In this document: piece by piece, positions 13,501 to 26,236 of the stretch | Layout of the letters: each line of letters opens with the position of its first letter | Numbering within the stretch: the first letter of the stretch is position 1 | NCBI RefSeq assembly: GCF_020745735.1 | Contig: NC_083426.1 | Coordinates: 12,462,001 to 12,526,000 of the forward strand | DNA length: 64,000 nucleotides | Direction: 5' to 3' | Source: Hemiscyllium ocellatum | Lineage: Eukaryota | Notes under the pieces: generated by a model | Seen by the model: only the letters and a program-made list of their open reading frames with translations | What the model was told of the DNA's origin: nothing | The model's database searches: none | Program-made: the position numbers and the translations under genes

Positions 13501-13510
13501 AAGTCCACAT
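4457..13510 (-). CDS. Gene A: intact spliced CD300/pIgR/MDIR-like Ig receptor (leader-V-C2-stalk-TM, 295 aa); join(13474-13510,10908-11222,10453-10776,5576-5696,4457-4547)
   Basis: Five exons with canonical GT/AG sites, compatible phases (1,1,1,2) and no stops; 888 nt = 295 aa + TAG. Confidence 0.88.
4710..4744 (+). ncRNA. Minimal type I hammerhead ribozyme motif (H1)
   Basis: CTGATGA-A-GGGC-TTAT-GCTC-GAAA-C-GTC-GAAT; palindromic ACGT helix III. Confidence 0.7.
4711..4834 (+). mobile_element. Hammerhead-containing Penelope-derived mini-element (H1), 124 bp
   Basis: 14-bp TSD TTACACAATATATA (4697-4710 / 4835-4848); empty paralogous site near 17012-17026. Confidence 0.85.
5576..5696 (-). CDS. 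Gene A Ser/Thr-rich stalk exon (GSEYTCDKSSTISSSTSTTISSTTSPTETGIPSGPKSVSK)
   Basis: Acceptor tctcaacag|GA, donor AG|GTAGAA, 121 nt, phase 1-2. Confidence 0.85.
6662..6984 (-). pseudogene. Gene A second C2 pseudo-exon (C2b)
   Basis: Homologous to C2a; acceptor AG mutated to CG, TAA at codon 11, 1-nt deletion; donor intact. Confidence 0.8.
7100..8890 (-). mobile_element. Degenerate CR1 fragments in the C2a-C2b intron of A
   Basis: RT-like WRPVTSGVLQGSVL, NYISVSLIS; homologous blocks at 19480-20640, 37310-39060, 43430-44170. Confidence 0.7.
8340..8527 (+). mobile_element. HE1-type SINE 3' half
   Basis: ccaaagatgtgcaggctaggtgaatt..gggccgaatggcctgtttc..ctgta. Confidence 0.65.
10453..10776 (-). 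CDS. Gene A C2-type Ig exon (C2a)
   Basis: Acceptor ttcccacag|AAG, donor G|GTAAGT, 324 nt open: EAVSVPGLQYLSQTNVSCSGGSVTVSC..YTW..YYCTASN..KNCSYRIQINSI. Confidence 0.9.
10908..11222 (-). CDS. Gene A V-type Ig exon, CD300/pIgR-like
   Basis: 315 nt, phase 1-1; ISC..KYWCRGWSRQC..GRISITD..LQPGDAGWYSCG has the canonical V-set motifs plus the extra C-C' cysteine pair of the CD300/pIgR/TREM family. Confidence 0.92.
12972..13174. mobile_element. Fold-back Penelope-like mini-element (H2) in the leader intron of A
   Basis: Inverted arms about 13008-13070 / 13106-13168; hammerhead-like core 13087-13121; flanking GCATTGGA repeats. Confidence 0.72.
13474..13510 (-). CDS. Gene A leader exon (MWTLILLICSIP)
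   Basis: ATG, hydrophobic codons, phase-1 donor G|GTGAGT; homologous exons in B and A'. Confidence 0.9.
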
Positions 13511-13607
13511 GGTTTTGTTCACAAAGATCAGTTCAGTTCTTGATGTCAGTCTCTCAGCTCTTGTTTCTCACATTGAGATACTGTGTAAGGCAATGTCTAC
13601 AAGAAGT

Positions 13608-13634
13608 TAAATGAGGAAGAGGAAACAGGAAGCC
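13608..13634 (-). promoter_or_regulatory. Promoter ETS/PU.1-like boxes of gene A
   Basis: aaATGAGGAAGaggaaacAGGAAG about 100 bp upstream of the ATG; same position in B and A'. Confidence 0.5.
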
Positions 13635-16600
13635 AGCTTCTGAAACCACAGTGACCCAGTGAAATTTAATCGTGAAGAGATTTTTCTCCTTGGTTATGTT
13701 TAACAGAACTAAAGAATTTTCATTGAATGAACAGAAAATTCTGAAATCAAGGCAGTTAACGCATCAGGTGCTCAGGATAATGTTGACCCAAGCTCATTAT
13801 TTATACTGAAATCTCATTTGAATGACAACTGTCTCATTCTCCCATGTTAGGAAATTTCAACCTGCAGTTTTAGACAGACGTAGAATTAGATTGCGAAAAT
13901 TAAGCCTTCAGCTAAAAATAGAACTCTTTTGAATATTTTGTCTGCAGAATATGCCTCCGATCGTCAGTGCTGAATAATTATTGTGTCAGGATCTGAACTC
14001 CTAGGTGGGCAGGAGAAGGACATCCTCTGCTCCATTTCCACAAGATTCAAGTAAAAGGTCCTGGGGCCGATTTCAGGAAGAGAATTAAACTCAACCGACA
14101 GAGAGAAAATTCAGGGGGAAGTGAACTGTGATTGAGTAACTGGGAGTGAGCTTCAGTTCCAAGGTGAGGGTCCCTCTGGTGAACTGACTGACATGGGGCT
14201 TTGTATTCACCAGGACATGGTTGATGATGAGTGAGTCTGGTGAACCATGCTGGGTTTCACCTTTGAGAAGATCAAAGGGACTGACACCTTTCACCAACCG
14301 TGCTCATCCCCAGCCACAATGCTGAAGGCAGTGCCCCCACCTTAACCCTTAATATGGAAGGAGAGTCACTGGGTTCATTACCCAGAGACTGAACCAACGA
14401 GGACCATCGCAATGCTCTGTCTGGGAAACAGAAACAACACGTTGGGTAAACTCCTAAAGAACACTTGTAAACATTTGGGGGTTAATACCCCAATGGGGAT
14501 TAAACCCCTCTGCTGTCAGGTCACCAGTGTCTGAGTGTCAGAAACAGAGAGCAGAGATCCCTCAGCCCCTGAATGACATGGACATTGTAGAATCAGTTGG
14601 AAAAATAGGACCAGATTGAAAAATCTGGCAGCAGTTATTAACCAAGTGAAGAATATTTGGTCTAATTGTCAGGCATCCTGTAAAGTGACTTGCTCGGTGT
14701 CAAAGCCATATCCTGGTAGACGGTCACTCAGCAGTTTTTAAAAGACCGTTCTTCTGAGACAAACAATTGCAGGACCTGGAGCTGCCACAAAGCCCCTCCC
14801 TCATTCGGATGGATGTCCTATTTGCTCTGGAATGGTGCAGTGATCCACCCACAACATGGACATGAGCCTGTCCCAGGAGGTTTCCTTCCCAGAGATTGTG
14901 ATCAATGGGCTGGATCTGAAAACTCTCGTACAGCCTTGAATGACCCAGAGTGTGCCACCCACAATATCCTATTGATTAACACTGATGTGGGTTCTAAGAA
15001 AACTGTCCCCACCCTGCCTTTCCAGAAAGCCTCTCCACTGACCATTTCTGTCAGAAATAAATCACCATTGCACATTATAGTCAATGTCGTCACAGACTTA
15101 CAATTCAGTGTGTGAAGGTGGCAGCTGAGAATTGCTGTCTTCCACTGATAGCATGGAAGACCCCAAACCCAAGTGGCCATTTAAAATGTGCTTGACTGAT
15201 TACATTCGCCTCATTAATGAGACACCGAAGGTGAACAATGTTGTAGTCAATGATTGCTAAAGGCCATCACTTGTAATGTTTATTTTGGGACATTGAGTGA
15301 CCTGTTGTTGTAGTTGATGCCAGTGGTAGGACTGAATCAGTGGATGCACGGTGGATGAAATTTCCCTGACTAGGTTTCAAATTCATAGACTTTTACATTC
15401 GCCCCCTCCCCCTTCGCCTCCCCATCCCAAAATCTGAATAACTGACTTCACATGCACTCTGTAAGCTGGTGTCAATCATTTTACACAGTTATTGTGCTGC
15501 AACTGGGTCAAGATTGGTGAAGTGTCAACTGAATGTTTTTGTGCCAAAAACAGAAATTGCTGGAGAAACACCGCGGGTCTGACTGTGTCTGTGGAGAGAA
15601 AGCAGAGTTGCTGTTTTGGGTCCGTTGATCATTCTTCAGAACTATTAGTAGCTTCGATAAGGTGCTCCATATCCTGCAGACACTGGGAGTGGGGTGTTTC
15701 TGTGAATTAACAGCAGACTCTACCTGTGATGTAGAATGATCCTTCTTTCTCTCTTTATTGTTGCTGTCCCTGTGGATCCAGTGATCTTTTGTCACCTCAC
15801 CATTTCTGTTCATTTCCTCTCTCTATTGCCATTATGTCCCTAATTTCCTATCAGACCCATGTCTTTGAGAATTACAAAGCCCTTATTCGCCCCAATCCTC
15901 CCCTGAATTTCCTCTTTAGATCAGACAAGACTCAGGTTTCGTTGTTTAAAAATATTTATTAATGTCTGTGTGGGAGCTGTACATTCCATCAAATGTTGAA
16001 TAAATCAATTTGTTTGAATAACAACAATTGTATTTTATTATTTTAACAGATAACAAGGTTCCATCCAATCAAACTATTACACACTAACTCACTTGTCTCT
16101 CTACCCAACAGCATTTACATTGTCTTCATTCCAGATTAGGACACATGACTATGTTATCCAATAAGGTTTGAACGATGGCATGGACAGGGTGAACAGCCAA
16201 GGTGTTTTTCCTCAATGGGGGTGTCCAGAACTAGAGGGCACAGTTTGAAAGTGAGAGGGAAATTATTTCAAAATGACCTGAGGAGTAACTTTTTCACGCA
16301 AAGGGTGGACATGTGTGTGAAACGATCTGATAGACGAAATGGTGGAGGCTGGTACAATGACAGCATTTAACAGCATGAGGCCACCATGGAGAGAGATGAG
16401 GCAGGAACAGAGTAGGCCATTCAGCCCCTCGAGGGTCCCTCAGCATTCACCTGGATCAGGGCAGATCTTCCACCTGAATACCATTTTACTTGCACTACTG
16501 CCATGTCCCTCCATATCTTTATTACCCAGAACATTATTAATCTCTGTTTCGAATATACTCAAGGCTGGACCCTCCCAAGCTCTCTGGGGCAGAGAATTCC

Positions 16601-16772
16601 AACAAACCATCACCCTCTGAGTGAAGAAATTCCTGCTCATCTCAGTCCCAAATGGTCAACCCATTCTTCTCAAACTGTGTCTCCTGCTTCGAAGCCCCTC
16701 CACCCAGGGCCACCTCATTGATGGGGAACTTAGAGTGCTCAAAATCATTCTTGTAAAGGCCATGATGCTCAC

Positions 16773-16863
16773 CTAATGTTTTCGTGTAAACATTGTGACT
16801 GAAACAGAACAAATCACCAGGAGAGTGAAGAGTACCCAGCGTATCACATCCCAGGCAACGTAA
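16773..16863 (-). CDS. Gene B TM exon (YVAWDVIRWVLFTLLVICSVSVTMFTRKH*)
   Basis: 91 nt, same sites as in A. Confidence 0.8.
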
Positions 16864-17667
16864 CTGTGTAAAACAGAAGAAACACTAAATCATTTGAAGG
16901 AAACAAGATTGTTTGATGTTTTAAACATTTATCTCCTGTTCACACTGCAGTATATTGTAGCAAAATAAAGCAGCACAGCTAAAATTAATTTACAATTTAA
17001 TTTTTGATTGACTTGAACAATATATAAAGGCCAAATGTAACAAGTTTCAGTTCCATGTCCTGTCATGCTCAGCATCTTGTTGTCAATGAGGATTATTAGA
17101 TGTGGATGGATATTTACAGGAGCACTGCAGTCTGGTGCAATATTCCAGTGGGTGAGAAGTCTCTTCAGTGAGTGAGGAACTCAGAATAGCATCATCCCAC
17201 ACTGCTCCTGCACCTTCTAAAAGGCAAGGCTTAACCAGCTGGAACCAGACAGCCTCCCACCCTCTCAGTTTGGGAATGATGTTTAACATGAGAGAATGGA
17301 GGAGGAGAAGGTGGTAGAGAATGCAATGTCCCTGGCAGTGATACTCCAGACGCCCAGACTCAACAAAATCTGTCACTTCTTTGACATATACAACACCATG
17401 AGCTTAGGTGAATAATGAAGCATTTAAACTGGATGGGGCAAACAGAAAATTGGCATCTCCTGTTATGAATGTCCAATAACGTAAATAACAACATTGTAAA
17501 TGTTACGACCTGGAATGTTAAACCCTTTGCTAATTAAAACTAAAGTTAAAACAGTCAGAAAATCTCACCTTCAGCTCACCAATAAGGAAACAAACATAAT
17601 GACATTGCATGAAATCAGTGACCATTGACATTCTGATAAGTTATCACCTAAAATTGAAACTTATTGC

Positions 17668-17904
17668 AAGTCTGCATTGAACCTCTGAAGAGTAACCGAC
17701 CTGGATCCTCTCCCCTACATTTACCCCGACTCTGGGCAATTTATCATTGACTTGTGGAAGGAAACCTGAGCACCCAGAGGAAACCCAAGCAGATATGGTG
17801 GGAATGTGCAAACGCCACACAAACAGTCACCTGAGGTGAGAATCAAACCCAGATCCCTGGTGCTATGAGGCAGCAGTGCTAACCACTGAGCCACTGCACC
17901 GCCC
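17668..17904 (-). mobile_element. HE1-type V-SINE
   Basis: tRNA-like head (gcggtgcagtggctcagtggttagcactgctgcctca) with core ggtttcctc. Confidence 0.8.
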
Positions 17905-18379
17905 CTGTTAACCTGTTACACTGCAGTATATTGTAGCAAAGTAAAAGCAGCAAAGCTAACACAGTTTCGTGGGAAAATTAAATTACCATGTATTTTATTA
18001 CTAACCTGAACAACAGATAAGGTTCAAATGAAAGAATCCTCTGTAGTACGTCTTGTAAATATATTTATACCCGATGAGGCAGTCTTTATGTTAGCTCCTG
18101 TCAGGTGTAGACAAAGCGTGGCTAGTTCTGACAAATCAGCAGTTGGACAGAACAGTTTCTGGTCTGAATGTGCCTTACAGCCACAGAAAGGAGCAATAGA
18201 TAAAGCTTAAATGAAACAAGTTGCAGTAACATGTCCTGGAATGGTCAGCCCAATGTTATACGTGATGAGGTAACGTGATGAGGTGCAGTTGTTCGTAGTT
18301 AGACAAGAAACTTAACCAATGAGCAGTTTGAATAGACATTAAATGAATGCTTCAGCCTCAGTGTTTGTATAAAATTTAC

Positions 18380-19428
18380 CGATGCTGCTGATTTATATCA
18401 TGGAACTACAGCCCCTCTCTGCTACCCTGGTAACTGACACATGAACAATTTCACTGGAGTTTGATCCCTGAGTCTTTGAGGCTGTGCATTAATGTTGATG
18501 ATGTCGCTGTGTGAAGGATTAGGTCAAAAACCACACAACACCAGGTTGTGGTCCAACAAGTTTATTTGTAAACATGAGCTTTCAGAACACTGCCCCTCCA
18601 TCAGGCTGGAGTGAGACTGGTTTTATTTCCAAAGTAGGAGTTTATAAAATGTCACATTGTCTGACTATCTACAGATTGTGTGGTATTTAAACAATAAATC
18701 TGTGGGGTGAATTTGCACTTGCAGATTTGTGTTTGCAGATACATTCTATTTTCTTTAGAAAGCACAAATTTAGAAATTTGTAGACAGTCAGTCAATGTAT
18801 CATTTTATAAACTTTTACTTTGGGGAAAAAAATCTGTCTGACTCCAACTGAGCACACCAAACAAAACCTCACACCCAAAATACACTGTCTGACCAGAGGT
18901 GTCACCTCCTTTATATTGAGAATACCTTAAGTTACCTCAGGACAGCCACTGGAAAGAAATTCTTGGATTTATATATTAATCAATCGAAACCTGCACTTCC
19001 ATTCTAAATGATTGAAGATTTAACAGCCAACTTACATGTGTTCAATTCATTTACATGTGTTGTATGATCCTTTGATTATTTCCTTATAAATGCTGTGTCG
19101 GAAATCTTTCTGTCTAATATCCCCAGATGAAGGAGCGACACTCCAAAAGCTAGTGTTTCCAAATAAACCTGTTGGACTCTAACCTGGTGTTGTGTGATTG
19201 TTGACCTTATCCAACCCAGTCCAACACCGGCACCTCCACATGGTGTTTGAAGGATTGATGATGTAGATCCAGTTTATTGGAGTCAGAGATCTTGAGATGG
19301 GGTCTTCTTGAGAAGGTAGTGAATGGGGACGGCTCCCTGGGCAGACTCACAGGAGATTGGCACTGTGCCCACTGAACGTGAGACATTTGGGTGTCATCAA
19401 AATTGAAGTCCAGGAACGGAGATGGCTT
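18380..19428 (-). pseudogene. Gene B C2b pseudo-exon, split by a Penelope-like insertion
   Basis: Acceptor intact, TGA at codon 11; the two halves flank 18521-19243. Confidence 0.78.
18521..19243. mobile_element. Non-autonomous Penelope-like element with inverted termini (H2)
   Basis: Inverted terminal blocks; 13-bp TSD tgtgtgaaggatt / tgtttgaaggatt; splits B C2b. Confidence 0.8.
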
Positions 19429-21150
19429 CTTTGGGAAAGAAACAATTATGACAAAACAGACTATAATTGAAAAGCCAAAAAAGCCACACCACTTTGCCCT
19501 TCATTATCCCAACCAGTGTCATAGATTCATATGGCACAGAAATAGACCCTTCTGTTCAATATGTCCAGGCCGAACAGGTTTCTCACATAAACTGGTTCTA
19601 CTTGCCTGCATTTGTCCCACGTCCCTCCAAACTTTTCCTGTTCACTTACCAATCCAAATCTCTTTTAAATGTTGGAACTATACCTTCATCTACCATGTCC
19701 TCTGGCATTTTATTCTACATATGGACCACCCACTACATGAAAACATTGCCCCTCAGGGCTCTTTTACATCTTTCTCATCTCACATTAAAATATGCCCCTT
19801 ACTTTGTACTCCCCTACGCTACGGAAATAAAAATCCTTTCCTATTCATCTGACTGATACCCCTCACAATTTTATAAACTTCAGCAAGGTCTCCCCATAAC
19901 CTATCCTTATAACTCAAACCCTCCGGATTTAGCAATATCTTGATAAATCTTTTCTGAACCCTCTCCAGTTAAATAATAACTTTCCTCTTGCAGGGTGACC
20001 AGAACTGGACACAGTGCTCCAAAAGTGGCCTCAGAAACATCCTGTTCCAACTCTGATACTCAGAGATCTGAGTAATTTAGACAAGCGTGCTAAACACCTT
20101 CTTAACCTGAAAGCTGAGGTCTCTCTGTTGAAAAGCACTACCCAGGGCCCGACCATTAATTGTAAAGTCCTCCCCTTGTTTGTTTTACCAAAATGCAATA
20201 CCTCACATTCATCCAAATTAACCTCCATCTGCCATTCATCAGCCCATCGACCCTATTGATCAAAATACCTTGATAATCTTAGATAATCTTCTTCACTGTT
20301 GACTATTGACCAAATTTGGTGTCATCCAAAAATCCATTACCCATGTCTCTTGAATTCCTATCCAAATTGCTGATATAAATTGCACCAATCCCTGCAAAAC
20401 ACCACTAATCACAGATCTCCCATCCAAAAATACCCTTCAACACCACCCTCTGTCTCTTGCCACCAAACCAATTTTGTCTCGAGTTGGCAAGCTGACCCAG
20501 AATCCCATGTGATCTAACTTTACTGATTGGTCTACCCTGTGGAACCCTGTCCATAATGCCTGTGTAGACAATGTGTACTGCTGTGCTGTCACCATTCATT
20601 TTGGTTACTTTATTAAATATCTCAATCAGGTTTGGTCAGCACAACTTCACAAATCTCAGAGTTATTTTATTTCCTGAATCTGAGAGTTGATGTGTTCCAT
20701 TTGGGTTTGTTAAAGGGTTTGGACTGGTAACTACAACTCAGATATCCCACTTGTTGAAAACCAGGGGTTTCACATGGGGCTGTCACTTGCTGATATTGGC
20801 AGTGGTCACTTCCACCCTCCTGGGGTTGGTTTTTGAACTTTCAAGAATAATATGAAACCTCATCTCCAGACACAGATCCTGCCAGCGATTTTCTATCTCC
20901 TGAACCGTAAAGATCCATGAGGTAGATCCAATGGGGTTTCCAATCTCCAAAGAATACAAACAGCATGGCTTGGGTGTGTTTTAAAGGAATCATTTCTGCA
21001 ACAATTAAACTGTTAGTTTTTGATCTGTTGTTCTTTAATGGCCAGCTTTTGTTGCCCATTCCTAATTACCCCTGACTGAGTGGCTTTCTAGACCATTTGA
21101 AGAGGGCAATTAGGAACAAACCACATTGCTGGAGTCCCATGTAGAGCAGA

Positions 21151-21810
21151 TTTCGGAGAAATTTGCCCAATAGGTTCGAGATCACAAAACACAGCTCGAA
21201 GTGAAATTGACAAACAGTTTATTACAAGCCATATCACTGGAAGAGAAATTGACTAGACTGACACAGAACTGACAGTCTGCACAGGTAGATCAGATTTCTC
21301 TTCCCAGAGCTGAGGATGAGACCAGCTTTATAATAATGTTACACAATGACACTGAGTAAGAAATGGGAAACTACGATGTATCTGGAAATGGAGTAATCTA
21401 GTTACAAGGATGCTAATTGGAAAACAGTTATCACATGAATGTCCAATTCCTTCACACAATGCAACATCCTGACAGAAACAATGGTTCCATTCCTCTTCAC
21501 AGGTAGATGTTAATGTCTCTTGTGAAATGGTGAGGTGCTTCCATTTTCCTGTGCCTGGACATGTCCTTGCTGGTGCCTTTCTGTCTGACCTGCTCTTTGT
21601 GTGGCTTTGGTATTGCTGGGTTGTGAAACTGCCCTTGGGGCTTTGAAATATCTGTGGTGTTCTGTCATGTCCTTGGGAGCTTAAAGCGTATTCCCTTGTC
21701 TGTGTTGTCTGATTCAGCTTGTAAGCTGCTTGGGAATTCTGGGTATTCTGGTACAGTTTGGTCAATTTTGCTTTTGTGGGCCTATCGTGGGTTAGCAAAT
21801 CTTTTTTCAC
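21151..21810. mobile_element. Unclassified 660-bp insertion, possibly a solo LTR
   Basis: 6-bp TSD AGCAGA (21145-21150 / 21811-21816); empty sites near 9400 and 44660. Confidence 0.55.
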
Positions 21811-22734
21811 AGCAGACCTGGAAATGGCAGCAGATTTCCTTCCCTAAAGGACATTGATGAATCAGATGGGTTTTGGTACTTTACAAAATCTGAGGAGATC
21901 CCAAAATACCTCCCATCCTGTGAGTCACTGAGTTGATGGAAACAAACAGTTGGAATGCAGCAATATCTAGAAGTTAATTTGCAGCAGCCAATAGCATTAA
22001 CATCATTCTCTCAAAAATCTGATTGTTCCTAGTAACATTGATTGAAGAATGAATGCTTGCTCAGACACTAGGAGGACCTCTATTCTGTAAATAGTTTACA
22101 AATGGTGCCATTCCTAAAGGGGGAACAGGTTCTCAGTTTCTCATCTCATCGACACTGTCTCACCTGCCACAGCACAGCATTACTTCTCTCTGCTGGGCAG
22201 TGGGAGCCAGTTGAATTTTAACCCCGAAGGGGAACTGGAAGCCCCAACATGCTGGCATCAAAAGTGAGAGTGCAGCCGCATGAGCTGCTGCTAATAGTTC
22301 CAAATACAGTTCTCGTGTGTCACTTCGACTTGATGCTGACTTGCTTCTTCTCTTACAGCTCAAACAGATCAGATCAGGAAATGGCTGCAGGCAATATTTA
22401 CAGGTATTTCATTGTATAACTGATCTCCTCTCTATCCCCAATACCTGTCCGAAATCTGGATCCGACAGTCATGGACTGAATTTGATAATTCCATTACTTA
22501 GAAAAATGCAAATCATTCGTCAATCAAATATTGTTTTAATTTGCAGAGACTATTGGAGTTTTTGAAATGTTTATGCATGCTGTAGATAGTATTTCATGCA
22601 CCTCCTCATTTTCCAAGCACAGTGCAAAGAGTTGACTTTCTTCAGAACAGATGATAAGACAAATGGAGTGCATTTTATCAATTACAGTTTTCCAGAGTGA
22701 GATAATAAATAAACATTGTTTACATCACACTTAC

Positions 22735-23057
22735 TGACGCTGTTGATCTGTATCCTATAACTGCAGTTCTTCTCTGTTACATTGTTGACTGACGCGTGAA
22801 CAATTTCACTGGGTTTTGTTCCCTGACTATTTTATGCTGAGCAGTAATATTGATGATGTTGCTGTGTGAAGGATTGACAATGTAGATCCAGTTTATTGGT
22901 GTAAGAGATAATTGAATCTTGTGATGGCATCTTCTCAGACCATGTGTAGTGGATGGGGAGGGATCCCCGGGCAGATTCACAGGAGACTGTCACTGACCCC
23001 CAGAACATGAGACATTTGGTTGGGATAAATATTGAAGCCCAGGAACAGACACAGCTT
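22735..23057 (-). pseudogene. Gene B C2a exon, disabled
   Basis: 323 nt (-1 in the G-run near 22997-23001) plus an in-frame TAA after YYCSA. Confidence 0.82.
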
Positions 23058-23189
23058 CTGTGGGAAAGAAATAATTATTGAGAGATGAAAGATCAAATAT
23101 CCCCAACACTTTGTCATGTTTCTTCCTGAATTAAACACTGATCAGATATATCAGGAGAGAGTTATTTAAAAAATCACTGAGACATTTAC

Positions 23190-23504
23190 CGTCAGAGATG
23201 TGCAGCTTTACATTAAACATTGGGTCATGACCAGCAATCTCAATTCCACAGCTGTACCATCCTGCATCTCCCCGTTGAAGATTCTTCATTGTGACAAGAA
23301 ATATTCCTTGTGTTTTGTTATCAGTGATTGATATTCTCCCATTTGGCCAATTTGTCGTTCCTATAACCTTACACTGACGAGTCCATCTGTGACACCAATA
23401 TTTCATGCTTGGCTGGTACCACTGTGCTTCATAATGACAGGATATTGTGATCGCTCTTCCCAAAATTCCCGTTGCATTTTTTTCTGCCCATAAAGCACCT
23501 GAAA
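23190..23504 (-). CDS. Gene B V-type Ig exon (open)
   Basis: 315 nt, canonical splice sites, KYWCHRWTRQC..DAGWYSCGIEIAGHDPMF. Confidence 0.88.
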
Positions 23505-23607
23505 CTGAGGATAAATCATGTCAAACATTTGACGAGTAGAAAATGCTGAATATACAGAGACACATTTTAATTAGCTCCATTCCATTCACCTCACGATGAA
23601 GGCAATT

Positions 23608-23925
23608 GGTGTGGCACGGTGGCTCAGTGGTTAGCACTGCTGCCTTGCAGCGCCAGGGACCTGGATTCGATTCCCACCTGGGGCGACTGTCTGTGTGGTG
23701 TTTGCACATTATCCCTGTGTCTGTGTGGGTTTCCTCCGTGTGCTCAGGTTTCCTCCCACAGTCCGAAGATGTGCAGGCTAGGTGAATTGGCCATGCTACA
23801 TTGCCCATAGTGTTAGGTGCATTAGTCTGGGGTAGATATAGGGTAGCAGTTTGGGTCGGTTACTCTTCAGAGGGTCGGTGTGTACTTGTTGGACCGAAGG
23901 GCCTTTTCCGCACTGTAGGGAATCT
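23608..23925 (+). mobile_element. HE1-type V-SINE
   Basis: A/B-box tRNA head, V core, CR1-like tail; absent at paralogous sites. Confidence 0.85.
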
Positions 23926-24600
23926 TGTCCCTTAATAGAGTCTCAGGGTGTTCCAAATTCCCAGGGAATGATTGAAACAATCGGGATACTTTCTTACCCC
24001 ACTGGTCGAGCTTTGGGACAAACTTGAAATTGGGTTTGTGCTGCACGCTGTGGGCTCTAACTCCACCGTGTGTGACATCATCAAAACGTTGCCCCGCGCC
24101 CCCTGGAGAGCAACCTGAGTGACAGGCCTGGATTAGAGTCAGCTGGGGATCAGGGTGAAGGAGGGTACAGGTGCTGAAGGGTCCATACTCTGACCGGAGA
24201 AGGAGGGTTTCATCCAGGGAGGGGAGAGGAGGGGGTGTGTGTGTAGACTCATTGTGGGCTCAGGGGCTGCATTGTCAGTGCTAAAGGGGCAGATACAACA
24301 AGTGACCCAGGAAGATGATGAGAGACCTCAAGTGGGAGAAGAAGAGAATTGAAGTTCAGCAAAGGATGGTTCATGAGGAGAGAGAGAGAGATCAATGTGC
24401 AGGACCTTGAGGGCAGTAAAGGTAGGATTATTTGTAATCACATATTGTTGTCATTGTATGGATAATAAAATAACAGAAATAATTTACTGATTGTTCCAGA
24501 TGAGATGCTTCATGGGAAAATGTTTAAATTGCTGCCACGTTTTGTCCCGGTGTGGAAGAGGAGCAGCCTGTTGATGACTGGATAGACTTTACTTCAATAA

Positions 24601-24733
24601 ATTCCTAATGAAAGGCTTATCCAGAAACGTCGACTCTTCTGCTCCTCGGGTTCTGCCTGACGGGCTGTGCTTTTCCAGTGCCACACTATTTATCTCTGAT
24701 CCCCAGCATCTGCAGTCCTCAATTTCTCCTTTC
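24601..24733 (+). mobile_element. H1 mini-element, degenerate hammerhead
   Basis: attcctaatgaaaggcttatccagaaacgtcg; TSD cttcaata; empty site near 11980. Confidence 0.7.
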
Positions 24734-25944
24734 CTTCAATAGCTACCAGACCTCCGGTCTCATTGAGAGAATAACTGTTTGTGTGGGGAATAATTCTTGA
24801 CTAAAACGGCAGAATGGAATTGAAATGTAGAGTGGAGAGAAGAGAAAGGGAGACAGATACATGAATGAGGAAAGCTGATGGAAGTCAGGAGAAAGAGACC
24901 TTCTTGGAAAGAGGAAGCCTTGAAATAAAGAGGATTGTGAAACAGATACACGCTTCAGTTCTCTGTCTGTAAAGTACTCTGCATGAAATGAGTGGGCGTA
25001 AACCACAACATGTTCCAGGCAGATTTGATCTCACAGAATTCACTGAGTTGCAGTCAAGGGTCATGCAACATTGGGAATTTTAATAATGTGTGTTTGAAAT
25101 TATCTTGACAAAATCTATCACAAAGAAGGAAAGGTGAAAATGTTGAACAATAGCTTTATTTCAATGTTACATTGCAATGTTAAAATCAATGGGATTGAAA
25201 AAGCATAAATAACTTCTTGTGGGAGGAGAAATATAAACTAACCACCTATTTTTATGCAAAAGCCTCATTAGAAAATATTGAATTAATAGTTTTTGAAAGG
25301 AAAATAAATAATAAAAAATCAAAATTGTTTTGCTTGGGGACTTCTGACCACCACTTTTTAGTAGATTTTGAACATCAAGCAACATTAGAAGCTTGCGATG
25401 AATTAAAATAGGCTTTCATTTTAATTTTGCTGCTTATTCACTTTAACAAAATTGTGTTGTTCTCTTTATATCATTCCAAATTGTTAATGCACCTCTACAT
25501 TATTTATTTACTGTATCCCACGGTAGAATAATACTTTTAAAAGAAGATACACCATTCCCTTTAAATAACAAAGTCTTACATATTTAGAGTTGCATGAGGC
25601 AGACAAAGCACACACTGTGTCTGTTTTCTGCAGCTTGTTCTTCCAGGAACAGGCCAATCGTCTGAGCCAGTTGCTGTAATGTGAGGGGTGTCATTCTGCA
25701 TTGGGTAAGGCATTGGAACCTCACCCAGTCTTAATCCCTGCCCTGTGCATTTTGGAAAGATTTGCAGGTTGATAATGAACCTGTTTGGCTTTGTGAGAAT
25801 GCACATTCCTTTGCAAAATGTGCTGGAGTGAGAATCGAACGCTGAGCCATTGTCATGGCAATAACAATGTTACCCACCGTGTCACAAGAGCTTCCTTTGT
25901 GCCTTTACATGTCTCCAAATATTGAAGCATTTCCACTGTACAAA

Positions 25945-26020
25945 ACATGGTATGGAGGAGCTGGTGTTGGACTGGGGTGGACAAAGTTAAAATCACACAA
26001 CACCATCTTATAGTGTGATG
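25945..26020 (+). mobile_element. Short H2 terminal fragment
   Basis: ggagctggtgttggactggggtggacaaagttaaaatcacacaacacc. Confidence 0.6.
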
Positions 26021-26101
26021 TTTTTTAATGTATAAAGCAGAGAGTGGACTTCAACAAACATTGATTATCTGAACATGCAACTAACTCAGATGGTGACTCA
26101 C

Positions 26102-26138
26102 CAGTAATGGAACAAATGAAGAAAATCAAAATTTCCAT
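26102..26138 (-). CDS. Gene B leader exon (MEILIFFICSIT)
   Basis: ATG, hydrophobic run, G|GTGAGT donor. Confidence 0.85.
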
Positions 26139-26236
26139 TGTGTTATTCACAAAGATCAGTTCAGTTCTTGATGCCAGTCTCTCAACTCTTGTTTCTCACA
26201 TTGAAATAAGTGTGTAATGCAATGTCTACAAGAATT

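Larger units (their letters stand above)
16773..26138 (-). pseudogene. Gene B: paralog with intact leader and V, disabled C2a and C2b, no stalk exon, intact TM exon
   Basis: See exon entries; stalk homolog absent between 17650 and 18300. Confidence 0.8.

Noticed and set aside
14385-14435. Possible 39-nt exon (DRALRWSSLVQSL) upstream of gene A, also near 42850
   Set aside because: Lies upstream of the promoter and leader, is missing from B, and has no supporting partner exon
21328-21810. 160-aa ORF within the 660-bp insertion
   Set aside because: No recognisable motif and a non-ATG start
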